This document shows, piece by piece, positions 28,539 through 39,161 of a DNA stretch of 64,000 bases. The notes under the pieces are model-generated. The model had not been told where the DNA came from and searched no databases. It saw only the letters and a list, made by a program, of their open reading frames with translations. The DNA lies in assembly GCA_021800165.1 (NCBI GenBank), contig JAJYZF010000010.1, positions 2,194-66,193 of the forward strand, read 5' to 3'. Position numbers and translations under genes: made by a program. The stretch's first letter is position 1; every line of letters starts with the position of its first letter. This stretch comes from Planctomycetota bacterium (GTDB taxonomy: Bacteria > Planctomycetota > Phycisphaerae > WQYP01).

Positions 28539-29303
28539 ATGATTGGTGAAAAGATTTTATTGCGGGTTTACCTGCGCAGTTCCGATCTCTACCACTTTGG
28601 CCCCGTTTACGAGCGTCTGGTTCAGGCGGCGAGCCGCCAAAAACTTGCCGGGGCTACGGTGCTGCGCGGCATCGCGGGCTTTAGCTCCCGCGGTATACTC
28701 ATGCCCTCCGACTACCGTCTGACCAGTGCCTCGCCGGTCATTGTGGAACTGGTTGATGCCGCGGAAAAAATTGCGGATTTTGCCCGGCAAGTGCTGCCCC
28801 AACAGATGAAAACCGGTTTGGCTACCCTGGAGCGGGCCTCCGTAATGATGTATCGAAAAAGAGGCGGGTCCCACGAAAGCCGTCTGCCGCTGCCAATGGA
28901 AGGTCTAAGCACGCTGCCGGAATTAAAAGGAGATGCCCTTATGCGAATTGATCACGATGGTGTTTTGCTGCGCATATTCATCGGAGATTCGGACGAATGG
29001 GAAAATAAACCGCTTTTTGAAGCCATTATTCAAAAAGCCCGGGCTGCCGGGCTGGCCGGGGGAACTGTGCTCAAAGGCTCCATGGGCTTTGGAGCCAACA
29101 GCGTGCTGCACACCAACAAGGTGCTGGTGCTATCCACGGATTTGCCTATCGTCATTGAAATCGTTGATTCCCGCGAAAAGATCGCCGCCTTTCTGCCCAC
29201 GCTGGACCAGATGGTCCAGGAAGGCATGATTACCATGGAAGGAGTCCATATTTACAAATACACGCACAATCCGGCAGACGCGGGAAGAAAACAAACGGCC
29301 TAG
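28539..29303 (+). CDS. Tandem DUF190 (PII-like) protein
   Basis: Two repeats: LRVYL..LAGATVLRGIAGF..PVIVELVD and LRIFIGDSD..LAGGTVLKGSMGFG..LPIVIEIVD. Confidence 0.88.
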   Translation: MIGEKILLRVYLRSSDLYHFGPVYERLVQAASRQKLAGATVLRGIAGFSSRGILMPSDYRLTSASPVIVELVDAAEKIADFARQVLPQQMKTGLATLERASVMMYRKRGGSHESRLPLPMEGLSTLPELKGDALMRIDHDGVLLRIFIGDSDEWENKPLFEAIIQKARAAGLAGGTVLKGSMGFGANSVLHTNKVLVLSTDLPIVIEIVDSREKIAAFLPTLDQMVQEGMITMEGVHIYKYTHNPADAGRKQTA

Positions 29304-29368
29304 CGATCCCGACAAAAATCACGCCAGGCAACTGCCGGAATTACGGTCCGGTGCGTATAATCCCCAGT

Positions 29369-30367
29369 ATGAATGATTCATCCCACATTTCGCTCGCCGG
29401 CCGGTCTGCACGCCGCTGGCGGGGCCGCCCCGGCCTTGGCCAGCTTGGGGTTGGTTTGGCGCTGATTGGCGTTTTGGAGGCCATTTTATTTGCGTCCGTC
29501 GGCGGCCTGCTTCCCGCCGGTTGGGCCGCATCGATCGGCACGCAGGTGCGCATCCATATCACCCCATGGGCCTGGAGTGCGTACCTGATGGTGTTGTTGG
29601 GGCTGCTGGCACGCCTCGACGGGCATTCGTGGCTGCGGCGGTTTGCCAATCGCTTTTGGGTATGCTGGCTGTGGTCCGTTCCAGCGTGGTGTTACTTTGA
29701 CTGGCTGAACTTTTATTTTATGCGCGATCCGGCAACCGGCCTGCATGCGTGGAACTATCAGGGCATGCCCACGAATCCGTGGGATCGCGGACTGGGCTAT
29801 CTTTTAGCCTTTGCCGCAATCGCACCCGGCATGTTTTTGACGGCGGAGGTTTTTATGCGACTGGGCCTGAAGCGTGTAAAAAGCGGGGGTGTGCGCATTG
29901 CCCGACCGTTGCAGATTATCACATTCATTCTAGGGGCTGGTCTATTTTTGTGGCCTTTCATTTTTCAGAGTTCCATTGCCAATCTGGCCATCTGGGTCAG
30001 CGCTATTTTCCTGCTGGATCCGATTAATTTCTGGTCCGGGCGGCCCAGCATTATCGGCGACTGGCGGCGGGGACGCTGGGGACGCACATTTTCGCTGATG
30101 CTCGGTGGTTTGTGGTGCGGATTGCTGTGGGAATTCTGGAATTATTGGGCCATCGCCAAATGGACGTATCATCTCCCTTTTCTTGGCATCTGGCGGCACA
30201 TCCGCTATTTTCAGATGCCCGTGCCCGGTCTGATCGGTTTTGCCGGATTCGGGGTGGAGGTGTGGGTGATGTGGCAATTCAGCCTGCTGGCCCTGGGCGG
30301 GCTGGTTGAAGGGGAAAGGAAAGACTTACCGGCTGATGTCCGGGTGGCGCGGGATGGATGTATCTAA
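29369..30367 (+). CDS. Conserved hypothetical membrane protein
   Basis: Multiple TMs; LWEFWNYWA..KWTY..P..FQMP; TATAAT 7 nt before ATG (possibly leaderless). Confidence 0.7.
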   Translation: MNDSSHISLAGRSARRWRGRPGLGQLGVGLALIGVLEAILFASVGGLLPAGWAASIGTQVRIHITPWAWSAYLMVLLGLLARLDGHSWLRRFANRFWVCWLWSVPAWCYFDWLNFYFMRDPATGLHAWNYQGMPTNPWDRGLGYLLAFAAIAPGMFLTAEVFMRLGLKRVKSGGVRIARPLQIITFILGAGLFLWPFIFQSSIANLAIWVSAIFLLDPINFWSGRPSIIGDWRRGRWGRTFSLMLGGLWCGLLWEFWNYWAIAKWTYHLPFLGIWRHIRYFQMPVPGLIGFAGFGVEVWVMWQFSLLALGGLVEGERKDLPADVRVARDGCI

Positions 30368-30432
30368 TCCACCGCTGCCAAGACCGTCCGCCGACGATTT
30401 GCACATACCGCCTTTTTTTAGGAGTTTTAGCG

Positions 30433-30897
30433 ATGTCCCAGGTCGAGGCCAATCTGAAACGTTTGGGCATCATTCTGCCCGGTGTTCCAACTCCGGTTGC
30501 TGCATACGTACCGTATGTCATGGCCGACCATCTGGTGTTTGTCAGCGGGCAACTGCCTTTCCAGGATGGCCAGCTACGGTTTATCGGCAAGATTCCCACC
30601 ACGCTGTCGATGGAAAATGGTCAAGAAGCGGCCAAACTGGCCCTCATCAACGCCCTTGCGGTGCTGCACAGCGCCTGCGCCGGGGCGTGGTCCAAAGTGG
30701 ACAGTGTGGTGCGCTTGGGCGTCTTTGTGCAATGTGGCGACGATTTCACCCAGCAATCCACCGTGGCCAACGGAGCCAGCAACCTGCTGCTGGAAATTTT
30801 CGGTCCTGCGGGCCGCCATGCTCGGGCCGCCGTGGGTGTTAATGCCCTGCCGCTGGGTGCTGCGGTAGAAGTGGAACTCGTCGCCCGGCTTAAATAG
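30433..30897 (+). CDS. RidA/YjgF family protein
   Basis: VFVSGQLP, VANGASNLL..FG..GRHARAAVG..LP..AAVEVE; AGGAG RBS. Confidence 0.9.
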   Translation: MSQVEANLKRLGIILPGVPTPVAAYVPYVMADHLVFVSGQLPFQDGQLRFIGKIPTTLSMENGQEAAKLALINALAVLHSACAGAWSKVDSVVRLGVFVQCGDDFTQQSTVANGASNLLLEIFGPAGRHARAAVGVNALPLGAAVEVELVARLK

Positions 30898-30980
30898 GGC
30901 CGTCGTTGGCTCTACCCGCCGGACCGCCATTTCCTGATTGTGACTTTCCATAAGTGCCTTCACCGGCGATACTGTCCATT

Positions 30981-31526
30981 ATGCGATGGATCACCTTTGG
31001 CATCCTGCTGTACCTGGCGACGGCCCTGCAAGTCGCCCACTTCGGACAATGGAGTGAGGCGGGCTATTTTCACGTTGAATTTATTCCCATGCTGGCGGTT
31101 TTTTATGCCCTTTACCCGGCGGAGGATTATGCCCTGCTGGCCTGCCTCTGCTGCGGATTTATGTATGATCTCACCGGGATCGGGCTGCTGGGCGTTAATA
31201 CCATCCTGCTTTCGCTGGCGGGCTATGGAATCACGCGCATCCGGATGAATATTTTCCGCCAGAACCCCATCAGTCAAGCGGTGCTGGTTTTTCTGACGGT
31301 TGTGTTTGTCCTGCTGGGCCGGAATATTCTCACACGGATGGGATTGTGGAGTGCGGATCAACCCATGACGGTATTGTCCGGATATGCTCCCACCATCGGC
31401 ATCACCCTCTCCAGCGCCATCTATACGGCTATTGTGGCACCCTGGGTGTTCCGCGGGCTGTTTATGATCGGCCCGTTGTTGGGTTTTGACGGGCCGTCGC
31501 ATCATGTTCGGAACCGGAACCGATGA
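30981..31526 (+). CDS. mreD: Rod shape-determining protein MreD
   Basis: TM protein, GFMYDL..LLGVN, AIYTAIVAP; precedes PBP2-RodA. Confidence 0.7.
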   Translation: MRWITFGILLYLATALQVAHFGQWSEAGYFHVEFIPMLAVFYALYPAEDYALLACLCCGFMYDLTGIGLLGVNTILLSLAGYGITRIRMNIFRQNPISQAVLVFLTVVFVLLGRNILTRMGLWSADQPMTVLSGYAPTIGITLSSAIYTAIVAPWVFRGLFMIGPLLGFDGPSHHVRNRNR

Positions 31527-31611
31527 ACTCCCGCCCAGGACTTGGTATGATCGGTGTAGATCGTCTGGAGGATAACATGGCGTGGTTGGTTTCTTACAGG
31601 TACTCGCCGCG

Positions 31612-33675
31612 ATGCTGAAACGCCGCCTTATTTTGCTCTTTACGTTAGCCTTGGCCGTAGCGTTGATCCTCGCGGTGCGCCTGTATCAACTGCAGGTGGT
31701 GCAGGCCCGGATGTGGAAGGATCGCGCCCGCAGCTTCAGCTATCGGCATCTGGTGATTCCGTCGATTCGTGGGGCCATTGTGGATCGCCAAGGCCGCTTT
31801 TTGGCTCTCGAGCAGCCCTGCAACAATCTTGCCATTGACTATCAGGCGATGAATCGCGATTACGTCTGGATTACCCGTCAGGCGATTGATGAACTTAAAG
31901 ACGACCATCTGACCCGGGCCCAGATTATCGCCCGGCTGCCGGCCACCCGAAAGCAAATTGCCGCCCGGTTGCGGAGGCTGCCCATCGCCATCGCCCGCCA
32001 TTGCCACTTGCCCCTGGCCAAAGTGCTGGAAACCTTGGATATCATCCGCAAACGCATGGCCTTTTTGCGCCAGGATATCTGGACTTTGCGTTACGGCCAT
32101 GACAAGAACGTCCGGGCCGACGTTTCTCCCGCGGATCGACAACAGGATGTGGACCTGGCCCTGACCCAGGGGCTTAACTTACTGGAAGCCCATGAAGCCC
32201 ACACCGTGGTTCCCGATATTTCCGACAAGGTCGCGTTTTATTTTCAAAAGCACTCACGTCGCTATCCCGGCCTGGTTGTGGTACCCAGCCAACACCGGGT
32301 TTATCCATTCAACAGCGTAGCGGCACAGGTGATTGGCACCACGCGTCAGGTGACCGCGGCGGCGTTGCGAAAAAATCCGTTTGTGCTGCCGCGGCTTGTT
32401 CCCGGATCGCTGCGCGATACCCGCGGCAAGCTCAAAGGCTATCTGCCGGGAGACAATATGGGGGCATTTGGGGTGGAATACGCCGCCGAAAACCTCCTTA
32501 GACCCACCCGCGGCGTGGAACTGATACGCCTTGACGGTAAGCAGGTGCCGCAGGATTATCGCGCGCCTATTCCCGGGCGCACGGTGCGGTTGACGTTGGA
32601 TATTAAGCTCCAGCAGCAACTGCAAAGATCCATGCTTAATCCGCAAACACATCTGCTTTACTTCCACGGGGAAATGCACCGTGCCGCGGTGGTGGTGTTG
32701 TCGGTGCGCACCAACCGGGTGCTGGTTATGCTTTCGCTGCCGACGTACAACCTGAATCGTTATCACCATGATTTTTCCAGGTTAATCGCCGATACTCAAC
32801 TTCCCTTGATGAACCGGGCCATCAGCAGCGCGTATCCGCCCGGCAGTATCGTCAAGCCTCTGGAAGCGGCCTATGCTTTGACGGTGGGGGTCATTGAACC
32901 CAATACCGTCCTGAATTGCGGGGCTTATCTGCTGCCCGGCCATCCCAACATTTTTCGCAACTGGACCTATCCGGTCGCACCTGGTCCGCTCAATCTGGTG
33001 GCCGCCCTGGAACAATCCTGCGATACCTATTTTTATCAGGTGGGTATGAAACTGGGGCTTAAGCGACTGGTGGAAGGGTACCGGGCCTTTGGGTTGGGAT
33101 CAGCCACCGGCATTGGCCTGCATGAGGAAACCTCCGGGTATTTGCCTCCCGCACAGCCGCACCGCAGCCAGTTTCGGATAACGGATTGGGCTATTATGAT
33201 GGGTATCGGTCAGGGACCGATGGCGGTAACCCCTTTGCAAATGGCCAATGCGTACACCGCCATGTTGCGTGGCGGAGTCTGGATGCAACCGCAGATTATT
33301 GAACAATTGCATCGCCCGCCTCCTCGATTATTTCATCTCAACAGGCCTGATTTAAGTGCTGTCCGCCGCGGTATGTATCTGGTGGTACATGGCCCCAACG
33401 GCACAGCCCCGGTGCTGCGTATGGGGTTGCCTGTGGCCGGCAAAACCGGTACCGCGCAGACCGCGGAGCGAATCGACATTGACGGCAAAGTAACCATCAA
33501 AAAGGGGGACGACGCCTGGTTTGTAGGCTGCGTGCCAGCCAATCAGCCTAAGTACGTGCTCGCGGCCATTGTTGAAATGGGCGGGGACGGTGGTCGGCGG
33601 GCCGGACCGATTGTTAAAAACTGCATTCAACTGATGCAACAGCGTGGCTACCTGCCACAGGCGGCGACCCCGTGA
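31612..33675 (+). CDS. mrdA: Class B penicillin-binding protein 2
   Basis: RGAIVDRQG, PGSIVK (SxxK), SCD, AGKTGTAQ. Confidence 0.88.
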   Translation: MLKRRLILLFTLALAVALILAVRLYQLQVVQARMWKDRARSFSYRHLVIPSIRGAIVDRQGRFLALEQPCNNLAIDYQAMNRDYVWITRQAIDELKDDHLTRAQIIARLPATRKQIAARLRRLPIAIARHCHLPLAKVLETLDIIRKRMAFLRQDIWTLRYGHDKNVRADVSPADRQQDVDLALTQGLNLLEAHEAHTVVPDISDKVAFYFQKHSRRYPGLVVVPSQHRVYPFNSVAAQVIGTTRQVTAAALRKNPFVLPRLVPGSLRDTRGKLKGYLPGDNMGAFGVEYAAENLLRPTRGVELIRLDGKQVPQDYRAPIPGRTVRLTLDIKLQQQLQRSMLNPQTHLLYFHGEMHRAAVVVLSVRTNRVLVMLSLPTYNLNRYHHDFSRLIADTQLPLMNRAISSAYPPGSIVKPLEAAYALTVGVIEPNTVLNCGAYLLPGHPNIFRNWTYPVAPGPLNLVAALEQSCDTYFYQVGMKLGLKRLVEGYRAFGLGSATGIGLHEETSGYLPPAQPHRSQFRITDWAIMMGIGQGPMAVTPLQMANAYTAMLRGGVWMQPQIIEQLHRPPPRLFHLNRPDLSAVRRGMYLVVHGPNGTAPVLRMGLPVAGKTGTAQTAERIDIDGKVTIKKGDDAWFVGCVPANQPKYVLAAIVEMGGDGGRRAGPIVKNCIQLMQQRGYLPQAATP

Positions 33676-34883
33676 CGGATTCACCGAAAACCGATTCTTC
33701 CCCCACGCCGCTGAACCCCGATGCCCTGCGCCCGGCCCGCGTTATTCACCGCCGCACCAATGACAGTTCCTCCATCGTTTTGCGACTCTGGAATCGGCTG
33801 CTGCCACGTCTGCTGGGCACGCGTATCGCATGGGTTCTTCTGGGCAGCATCCTGCTGCTATGTGCCATCAGCCTGGCGGCCGTGCGGGTTTCCTCGCCGA
33901 CGCTGGCCCGGGTCCAGGAAATTCATATTGGCATTGGTCTGATCGTATTGGTCCTGGCCGTGGCCCCGGCCTATCGGCACATCGGCCGCTACACCTATGC
34001 TTTTCTGGCCTTCACTTTGCTTTTGCTCTTGGCGGTGCTCAAAGCTCCTGCGGTCAACGGCAGCCATCGTTGGTTCATTTTGCCAGGAGGTATCAACTTT
34101 CAGCCCAGCGAACTGGCCAAGATTGCCTTTGTCATGTCGGTGGCCTGGTATCTGCGGTTGCACAAAGATGTGCAGGGACTGTCACGGCTGGTGGTTCCGT
34201 TTCTATTGATGTTGCTGCCCATGGGGCTTATTCTTATTGAATCCGACCTGGGCACGGCGTTGCTTTTTCCACTGGCGCTCTACGCCATGCTGGTGGCGGC
34301 CGGGGCCAGATTGCGCCACCTTGTGGCGATCGCGCTGATTGCCTTATCCGTTGCCCCTGGTTGCTACCCACTGCTGAAGCCCTATCAAAAGCAACGCATT
34401 ATCTCAATGTTTGTGGAAAGTAAGCCGACTTCCGGTGAATTGCATGGCAACTTGTATCAGCAGCGACAAAGCGAAATTGCCGAAGGCAGTGGGGGGCTTG
34501 CCGGTCAGGGACTGCGCGGCGCTGCCCAGATTCGCAATGGTTTGCTGCCGGAATCGGCCAACGATTTTATTTTCGCGGTCATCGCCACCCAATGGGGCTT
34601 CCTTGGTGCGCTGGGAATTCTGATTCTTTACGTGGTGTTCTTTGGAGCTTGTCTGGAAATCGCCGGTTCCACCGCGGATCCTTTTGGCCGGATTATGGTC
34701 GTTGGGTTGGGGTCCATGTTAATGATGCAAACCATGATTAACATCGCCATGACCACCGGCATTATTCCCGTAGTTGGTATTACGCTGCCGTTTTTATCCT
34801 ACGGAGGCAGTGCTATTGCCGCGTATATGCTGGCCACGGGCTTGATCTTGAATGTGGCGGTCCGCAATCGTCGCGCACTCTAA
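33672..34883 (+). CDS. rodA: SEDS glycosyltransferase RodA
   Basis: FQPSELAK, DLGTA, DFIFAVI, GITLPFLSYGGS. Confidence 0.88.
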   Translation: MTDSPKTDSSPTPLNPDALRPARVIHRRTNDSSSIVLRLWNRLLPRLLGTRIAWVLLGSILLLCAISLAAVRVSSPTLARVQEIHIGIGLIVLVLAVAPAYRHIGRYTYAFLAFTLLLLLAVLKAPAVNGSHRWFILPGGINFQPSELAKIAFVMSVAWYLRLHKDVQGLSRLVVPFLLMLLPMGLILIESDLGTALLFPLALYAMLVAAGARLRHLVAIALIALSVAPGCYPLLKPYQKQRIISMFVESKPTSGELHGNLYQQRQSEIAEGSGGLAGQGLRGAAQIRNGLLPESANDFIFAVIATQWGFLGALGILILYVVFFGACLEIAGSTADPFGRIMVVGLGSMLMMQTMINIAMTTGIIPVVGITLPFLSYGGSAIAAYMLATGLILNVAVRNRRAL

Positions 34884-35018
34884 AGCGCCGCAACCGCCGG
34901 ATGCGCTGTATCATGGAGCCAACGTGGTTGCCCTTGGCCCAAGCGCCGCATGGCGGGTTGGTGCGCCGATGCGGCTCGCGTCTAGGGTCGCTGGACGGTT
35001 TTTACGGAAGTGGATCTG

Positions 35019-35984
35019 ATGAAAATTGTTATACCCGGTGGCAGCGGTCAGATAGGCACTCTGTTGTGTCGGGCCTTTGTAGCCGACGGACATGACGTGG
35101 TGGTGCTTGGCCGCAACCCGCGGGCCGCGCCATGGAGAATGGTCCCGTGGGATGGTCGATCCATGGGTGGGTGGACCGCGGAGCTCGATGGGGCGGATGT
35201 GGTGATCAACTTGGCGGGGCGCAGCGTTAATTGCCGGTATCATGCGGCCAACCGCCAGGCGATCATGGACTCGCGTGTGCAGAGCACCCGCGCGGTGGGC
35301 CGGGCCATTGCGCAAGCGCGCCATCCGCCGACCCTCTGGCTCCAGGCCGGGACCGCCACCATTTATGCCAGCCGCTACGATGCCCCCAATGATGAAGCCA
35401 CCGGCATTCTCGGCGGTTTTGAGCTGGATGTGCCCAGCCAATGGAAGTTCAGCATTGCCGTAGCCCAGGCGTGGGAACACGCGGCTCAAGAGGCCCTTCG
35501 CCCGGATACCCGACTGGTGATTTTGCGTTCCGCCATGACCATGAGCGCCGATCCGGGGGGAATTTTCGATGTCATGTCCCGACTGGTGCGGCGCGGTCTG
35601 GGCGGCACCGCCGGCCATGGCCGACAATACGTATCCTGGATTCACGAGCGGGATTTTATTGCCGCGATTTATTGGCTCATCAACCACCCGCCCATAGCCG
35701 GAGCGGTGAATGTGGCCGCGCCCAACCCCTTGCCCAACGCGGAATTCATGCGCACTTTGCGCCACGCCTGGGGTGTACGTATAGGACTGCCGGCCCCCGC
35801 GTGGCTGCTGGAACTTGGGGCGGTTTTCATGAAAACCGAAACCGAATTGCTGCTGAAAAGCCGCCGGGTGGTGCCGGGGCGACTGTTGCAATCCGGCTTT
35901 GCATTCTCTTTCCCGCATTGGCCGGAGGCCGCGGACGATTTGTGCCAGCGCTGGCGGGCCATAAAAGACCGGCCCGATCAATAG
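35019..35984 (+). CDS. TIGR01777-family NAD-dependent epimerase
   Basis: GGSGQIG, VINLAG, GRQYVSWIH, PGRLLQSGFAF. Confidence 0.88.
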   Translation: MKIVIPGGSGQIGTLLCRAFVADGHDVVVLGRNPRAAPWRMVPWDGRSMGGWTAELDGADVVINLAGRSVNCRYHAANRQAIMDSRVQSTRAVGRAIAQARHPPTLWLQAGTATIYASRYDAPNDEATGILGGFELDVPSQWKFSIAVAQAWEHAAQEALRPDTRLVILRSAMTMSADPGGIFDVMSRLVRRGLGGTAGHGRQYVSWIHERDFIAAIYWLINHPPIAGAVNVAAPNPLPNAEFMRTLRHAWGVRIGLPAPAWLLELGAVFMKTETELLLKSRRVVPGRLLQSGFAFSFPHWPEAADDLCQRWRAIKDRPDQ

Positions 35985-36004
35985 CCGCCGCTACGGCTTA
36001 CCGG

Positions 36005-37456
36005 TTACCGGCCGCGTCGCCGACGATCACGCATTTTTCGTTTCTGCTCCGGAGAAAGGCGGCTGGGACGCAAGGCCGGCCCTGCGCCGGCCAGATGGCC
36101 CATGGCCGAGAGGCCTTCCGGGTTCATGGTGCTCATGGCCTGGGCCATTTTCATCTTGGCGCCCATCGAAAGCCCGGACATCTTTTTGGCCATGTCCCGG
36201 GCCGCGGAAAATCCTTTCACCAGCCGTGAGACATCCTCCGCCTGCATGCCGCAGCCGCGGGCAATGCGCCGCCGGCGGGAAGAATCCACAATGTCCGGAT
36301 TTTCCCGCTCTTTGCGGCTCATGCTCTGAATGATCGCCTCGGCGCGGTCTAATTCCTCCTCCGGCAATTGAATATCCTTGAGCGCTGAACCCAGCCCCGG
36401 CAACATGCCCAGAAGCTGTTTCATAGGCCCCATTTTGCGCATGGACCGCATCTGTTCCAAAAAATCGTCGAGCGTGAAACTGGCGTTGGCCAGTTTGGCC
36501 TGCATTTTTTCGGTCTGGGCCTGATCAAACTGCGACTGGGCTTTTTCCACCAGGGTTAAAATGTCGCCCATGCCCAAAATGCGCTGGGCAATGCGGTCCG
36601 GATGAAATTCCTCCAGCATCTGGAGCTTTTCGCCCACGCCCAAAAATTTTATAGGCTTGCCGGTAATCGCCTTCACCGACAGGGCCGCTCCACCACGCGT
36701 GTCGGAATCAAATTTGGTCAAAATGATGCCGTCGAGTTCCAGCTTCTGGTTAAACGCCCGGGCCGAATTCACCGCATCCTGGCCTACCATCGCATCCACC
36801 ACCAGAAATATCTGATGGGGTTTGGTCGTGCGGGCAATGTCCGAAAGCTGCTCCATGAGCACATCGTCAATGTGCAAACGGCCCGCGGTGTCCAGTATTA
36901 CCACGTCCCGACCGCTTTGCCGGGCCAAGGCCACGGCATTGCGACATATCAAAATAGGATTCGCCTCCCCATCCTGCTTGTACACCGGAACATCCACCTG
37001 TTGGCCCAGCGTGACCAACTGGTCGATGGCGGCGGGCCGCTGGGTATCCGCGGCTACCAGAAGCGGATTTTTTCCTTTGCTTTTCAGGTACAGGGCCAGT
37101 TTACCGCAGGTGGTGGTTTTGCCGGAACCCTGCAGGCCGCACATCATGATGATGGTGGGTGGTGGATCAACAAAAAATATGCCGGTATCCACCGGCCCCA
37201 TCAGGGTCACCAATTCATCAAAGACAATCTTGACGATCTGCTGCCCCGGCTCCAGCGAGGCTAGAACCTGCGTACCCGTGGCTTTTTCCATGACCCGCCG
37301 GGTGAAGTCCTCCACCACTTGATAATGCACGTCCGCTTCCAGCAGGGCGCTGCGAATTTCGTCCATGGCCTGGCGCACATTGGCCGGGCTGATTCGCCCG
37401 CGCCCGGAAAGGTTGCGCACCATGAGGGTAAATTTTTCGGAAAGAGAATCAAACAT
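36005..37456 (-). CDS. ffh: Signal recognition particle protein
   Basis: ALLEADV, GLQGSGKTT, DTAGRL, M domain. Confidence 0.96.
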   Translation of the reverse strand: MFDSLSEKFTLMVRNLSGRGRISPANVRQAMDEIRSALLEADVHYQVVEDFTRRVMEKATGTQVLASLEPGQQIVKIVFDELVTLMGPVDTGIFFVDPPPTIIMMCGLQGSGKTTTCGKLALYLKSKGKNPLLVAADTQRPAAIDQLVTLGQQVDVPVYKQDGEANPILICRNAVALARQSGRDVVILDTAGRLHIDDVLMEQLSDIARTTKPHQIFLVVDAMVGQDAVNSARAFNQKLELDGIILTKFDSDTRGGAALSVKAITGKPIKFLGVGEKLQMLEEFHPDRIAQRILGMGDILTLVEKAQSQFDQAQTEKMQAKLANASFTLDDFLEQMRSMRKMGPMKQLLGMLPGLGSALKDIQLPEEELDRAEAIIQSMSRKERENPDIVDSSRRRRIARGCGMQAEDVSRLVKGFSAARDMAKKMSGLSMGAKMKMAQAMSTMNPEGLSAMGHLAGAGPALRPSRLSPEQKRKMRDRRRRGR

Positions 37457-37539
37457 GCTTTATGTCAACCTGTCTTACCTGCGGGAAAACGCCTGTGCTT
37501 CCAGGCGTTGGGCCACGCCCGGCCGGAACATGCCCCAAG

Positions 37540-38790
37540 TTACCCCTGGACAATGGGCAGCTTCACTGCGCCGGATTCCATCTTGTCGGCGGCGATTTTG
37601 GCATAGCCGGAGCCTAATTCACCCAGTGGATCCGGCGGGATGATATCCACCAGCTTTTCCCCCAGCCGCGCTTCACCGCGCCGCACCTTTTCCTGAAAAT
37701 TCCGGCACTCTTCCAGCAGGGCGTCAAGAATTTTTTCTTCCGGTACATTGGCCACTTTTTCTCCCTGCACGTATATGATGCCGCGCTTGTCGCCGGCGAA
37801 AATCGCCACGTCCGCACCTTCACATTCCCCCGGACCATTGACCACGCAACCCATCACCGCCACCTTGATCGGCAATGTGATCTGCTCCTTGAGTTTGCGG
37901 TTGACATCCTGCACCAGGGTGAATAAATCCACCTGTATGCGCCCACAGGTGGGGCAGGCGATAAGCTCGGCCCCTTTGCGACTGCGCAGCCCCAGCACGT
38001 ATAACAGTTCCAAGCCGTCCTGCACTTCATAGATTGGATCATTGGCATAGCTGATGCGGATGGTATCGCCGATGCCATTGGCCAAAAGCGTGCCCAGCGG
38101 CACCACACTCCGGATGGTGCCGGTTTCCTTGGGGCCGGCGTGGGTAACGCCCAGATGCAGGGGGTGGTCAAACCGCCGGGAGATCTCCGTGTACGCATCA
38201 AGCACCAGCAGCGGATCAATCGATTTGGCGGAAATCACAATGTCGTAAAAGTTCCGCTCGTAGAAAATATCCAGGTACTCTTCCAGCTTGGTAATCATGA
38301 TCGCCAGCAGGTGGCCGTGATGGCTGTCACTGAAGACCGCTCCCAACTCCTTCATCCGTTTCTGTTTGTCCTTGCGTTCCACAATGGAACCTTCATTCAC
38401 GCCGATCCGGATCGGAATGCGCCTTTCCCGACACGCATCAATCACCGCTTCCACCTGCTTGCGGTCATTGATATTGCCGGGATTCAGCCGGATTTTATGT
38501 ACGCCCGCCGCCACCGCCTCCAAGGCCCGCTGAAAATGAAAATGAACATCGGCCACAATCGGCACCGACACCTGGTGCAGTATTTCCTTCAGGGCCAGAG
38601 TATCCTTCTTTTCCGGCACCGCCACACGCACGATATCCGCACCGGCGGCGGCGAGCTTGTTAATCTCCCGCACGCAACCGTCGATATCGTGGGTGTAACC
38701 GCTGGTCATCGACTGGACTGCCACCGGGGCATCGCCGCCGATAAGAACTTCGCCCACCTTTACCTGCCTGGTTTTTCGCCGGGAAATCAT
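37540..38790 (-). CDS. ispG: HMBPP synthase IspG
   Basis: VQSMT, RLNPGN, PLHLGVT, CPTCGR, MGCVVNGPGE. Confidence 0.95.
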   Translation of the reverse strand: MISRRKTRQVKVGEVLIGGDAPVAVQSMTSGYTHDIDGCVREINKLAAAGADIVRVAVPEKKDTLALKEILHQVSVPIVADVHFHFQRALEAVAAGVHKIRLNPGNINDRKQVEAVIDACRERRIPIRIGVNEGSIVERKDKQKRMKELGAVFSDSHHGHLLAIMITKLEEYLDIFYERNFYDIVISAKSIDPLLVLDAYTEISRRFDHPLHLGVTHAGPKETGTIRSVVPLGTLLANGIGDTIRISYANDPIYEVQDGLELLYVLGLRSRKGAELIACPTCGRIQVDLFTLVQDVNRKLKEQITLPIKVAVMGCVVNGPGECEGADVAIFAGDKRGIIYVQGEKVANVPEEKILDALLEECRNFQEKVRRGEARLGEKLVDIIPPDPLGELGSGYAKIAADKMESGAVKLPIVQG

Positions 38791-39161
38791 CCAAAAGCTC
38801 CTGTAAATGCTGTTCCGTTGTGCCTCCCGCACCAAGGTATTGTATCCCCGGACGCGACCAAGCCGCAACCCAGCACTTTTTCGCCCACCCACCGCCCCGC
38901 ACGCCGTAGCCGGCCCAGCGCCACAGCGCGTAAATCTTGCTTATCGCCTCGCGATCGTTGGTCTCATGCCGCACGGGTGGAATGTAACTATGGACAGACC
39001 GCTATGGCCTGTGGCTGGGCGAGACACCGCGCCCTTGCGGGTCAGGCTGGGGTATCTTTGGGGGGGCTTTCGGCTGGGCAGTGGCCACAGAGGTGGCCCA
39101 ACGAGCCTTTTCGGATGGGTGTATGGCACCCCAGAGCAGTCGCGTTACACCATTTTACCCA

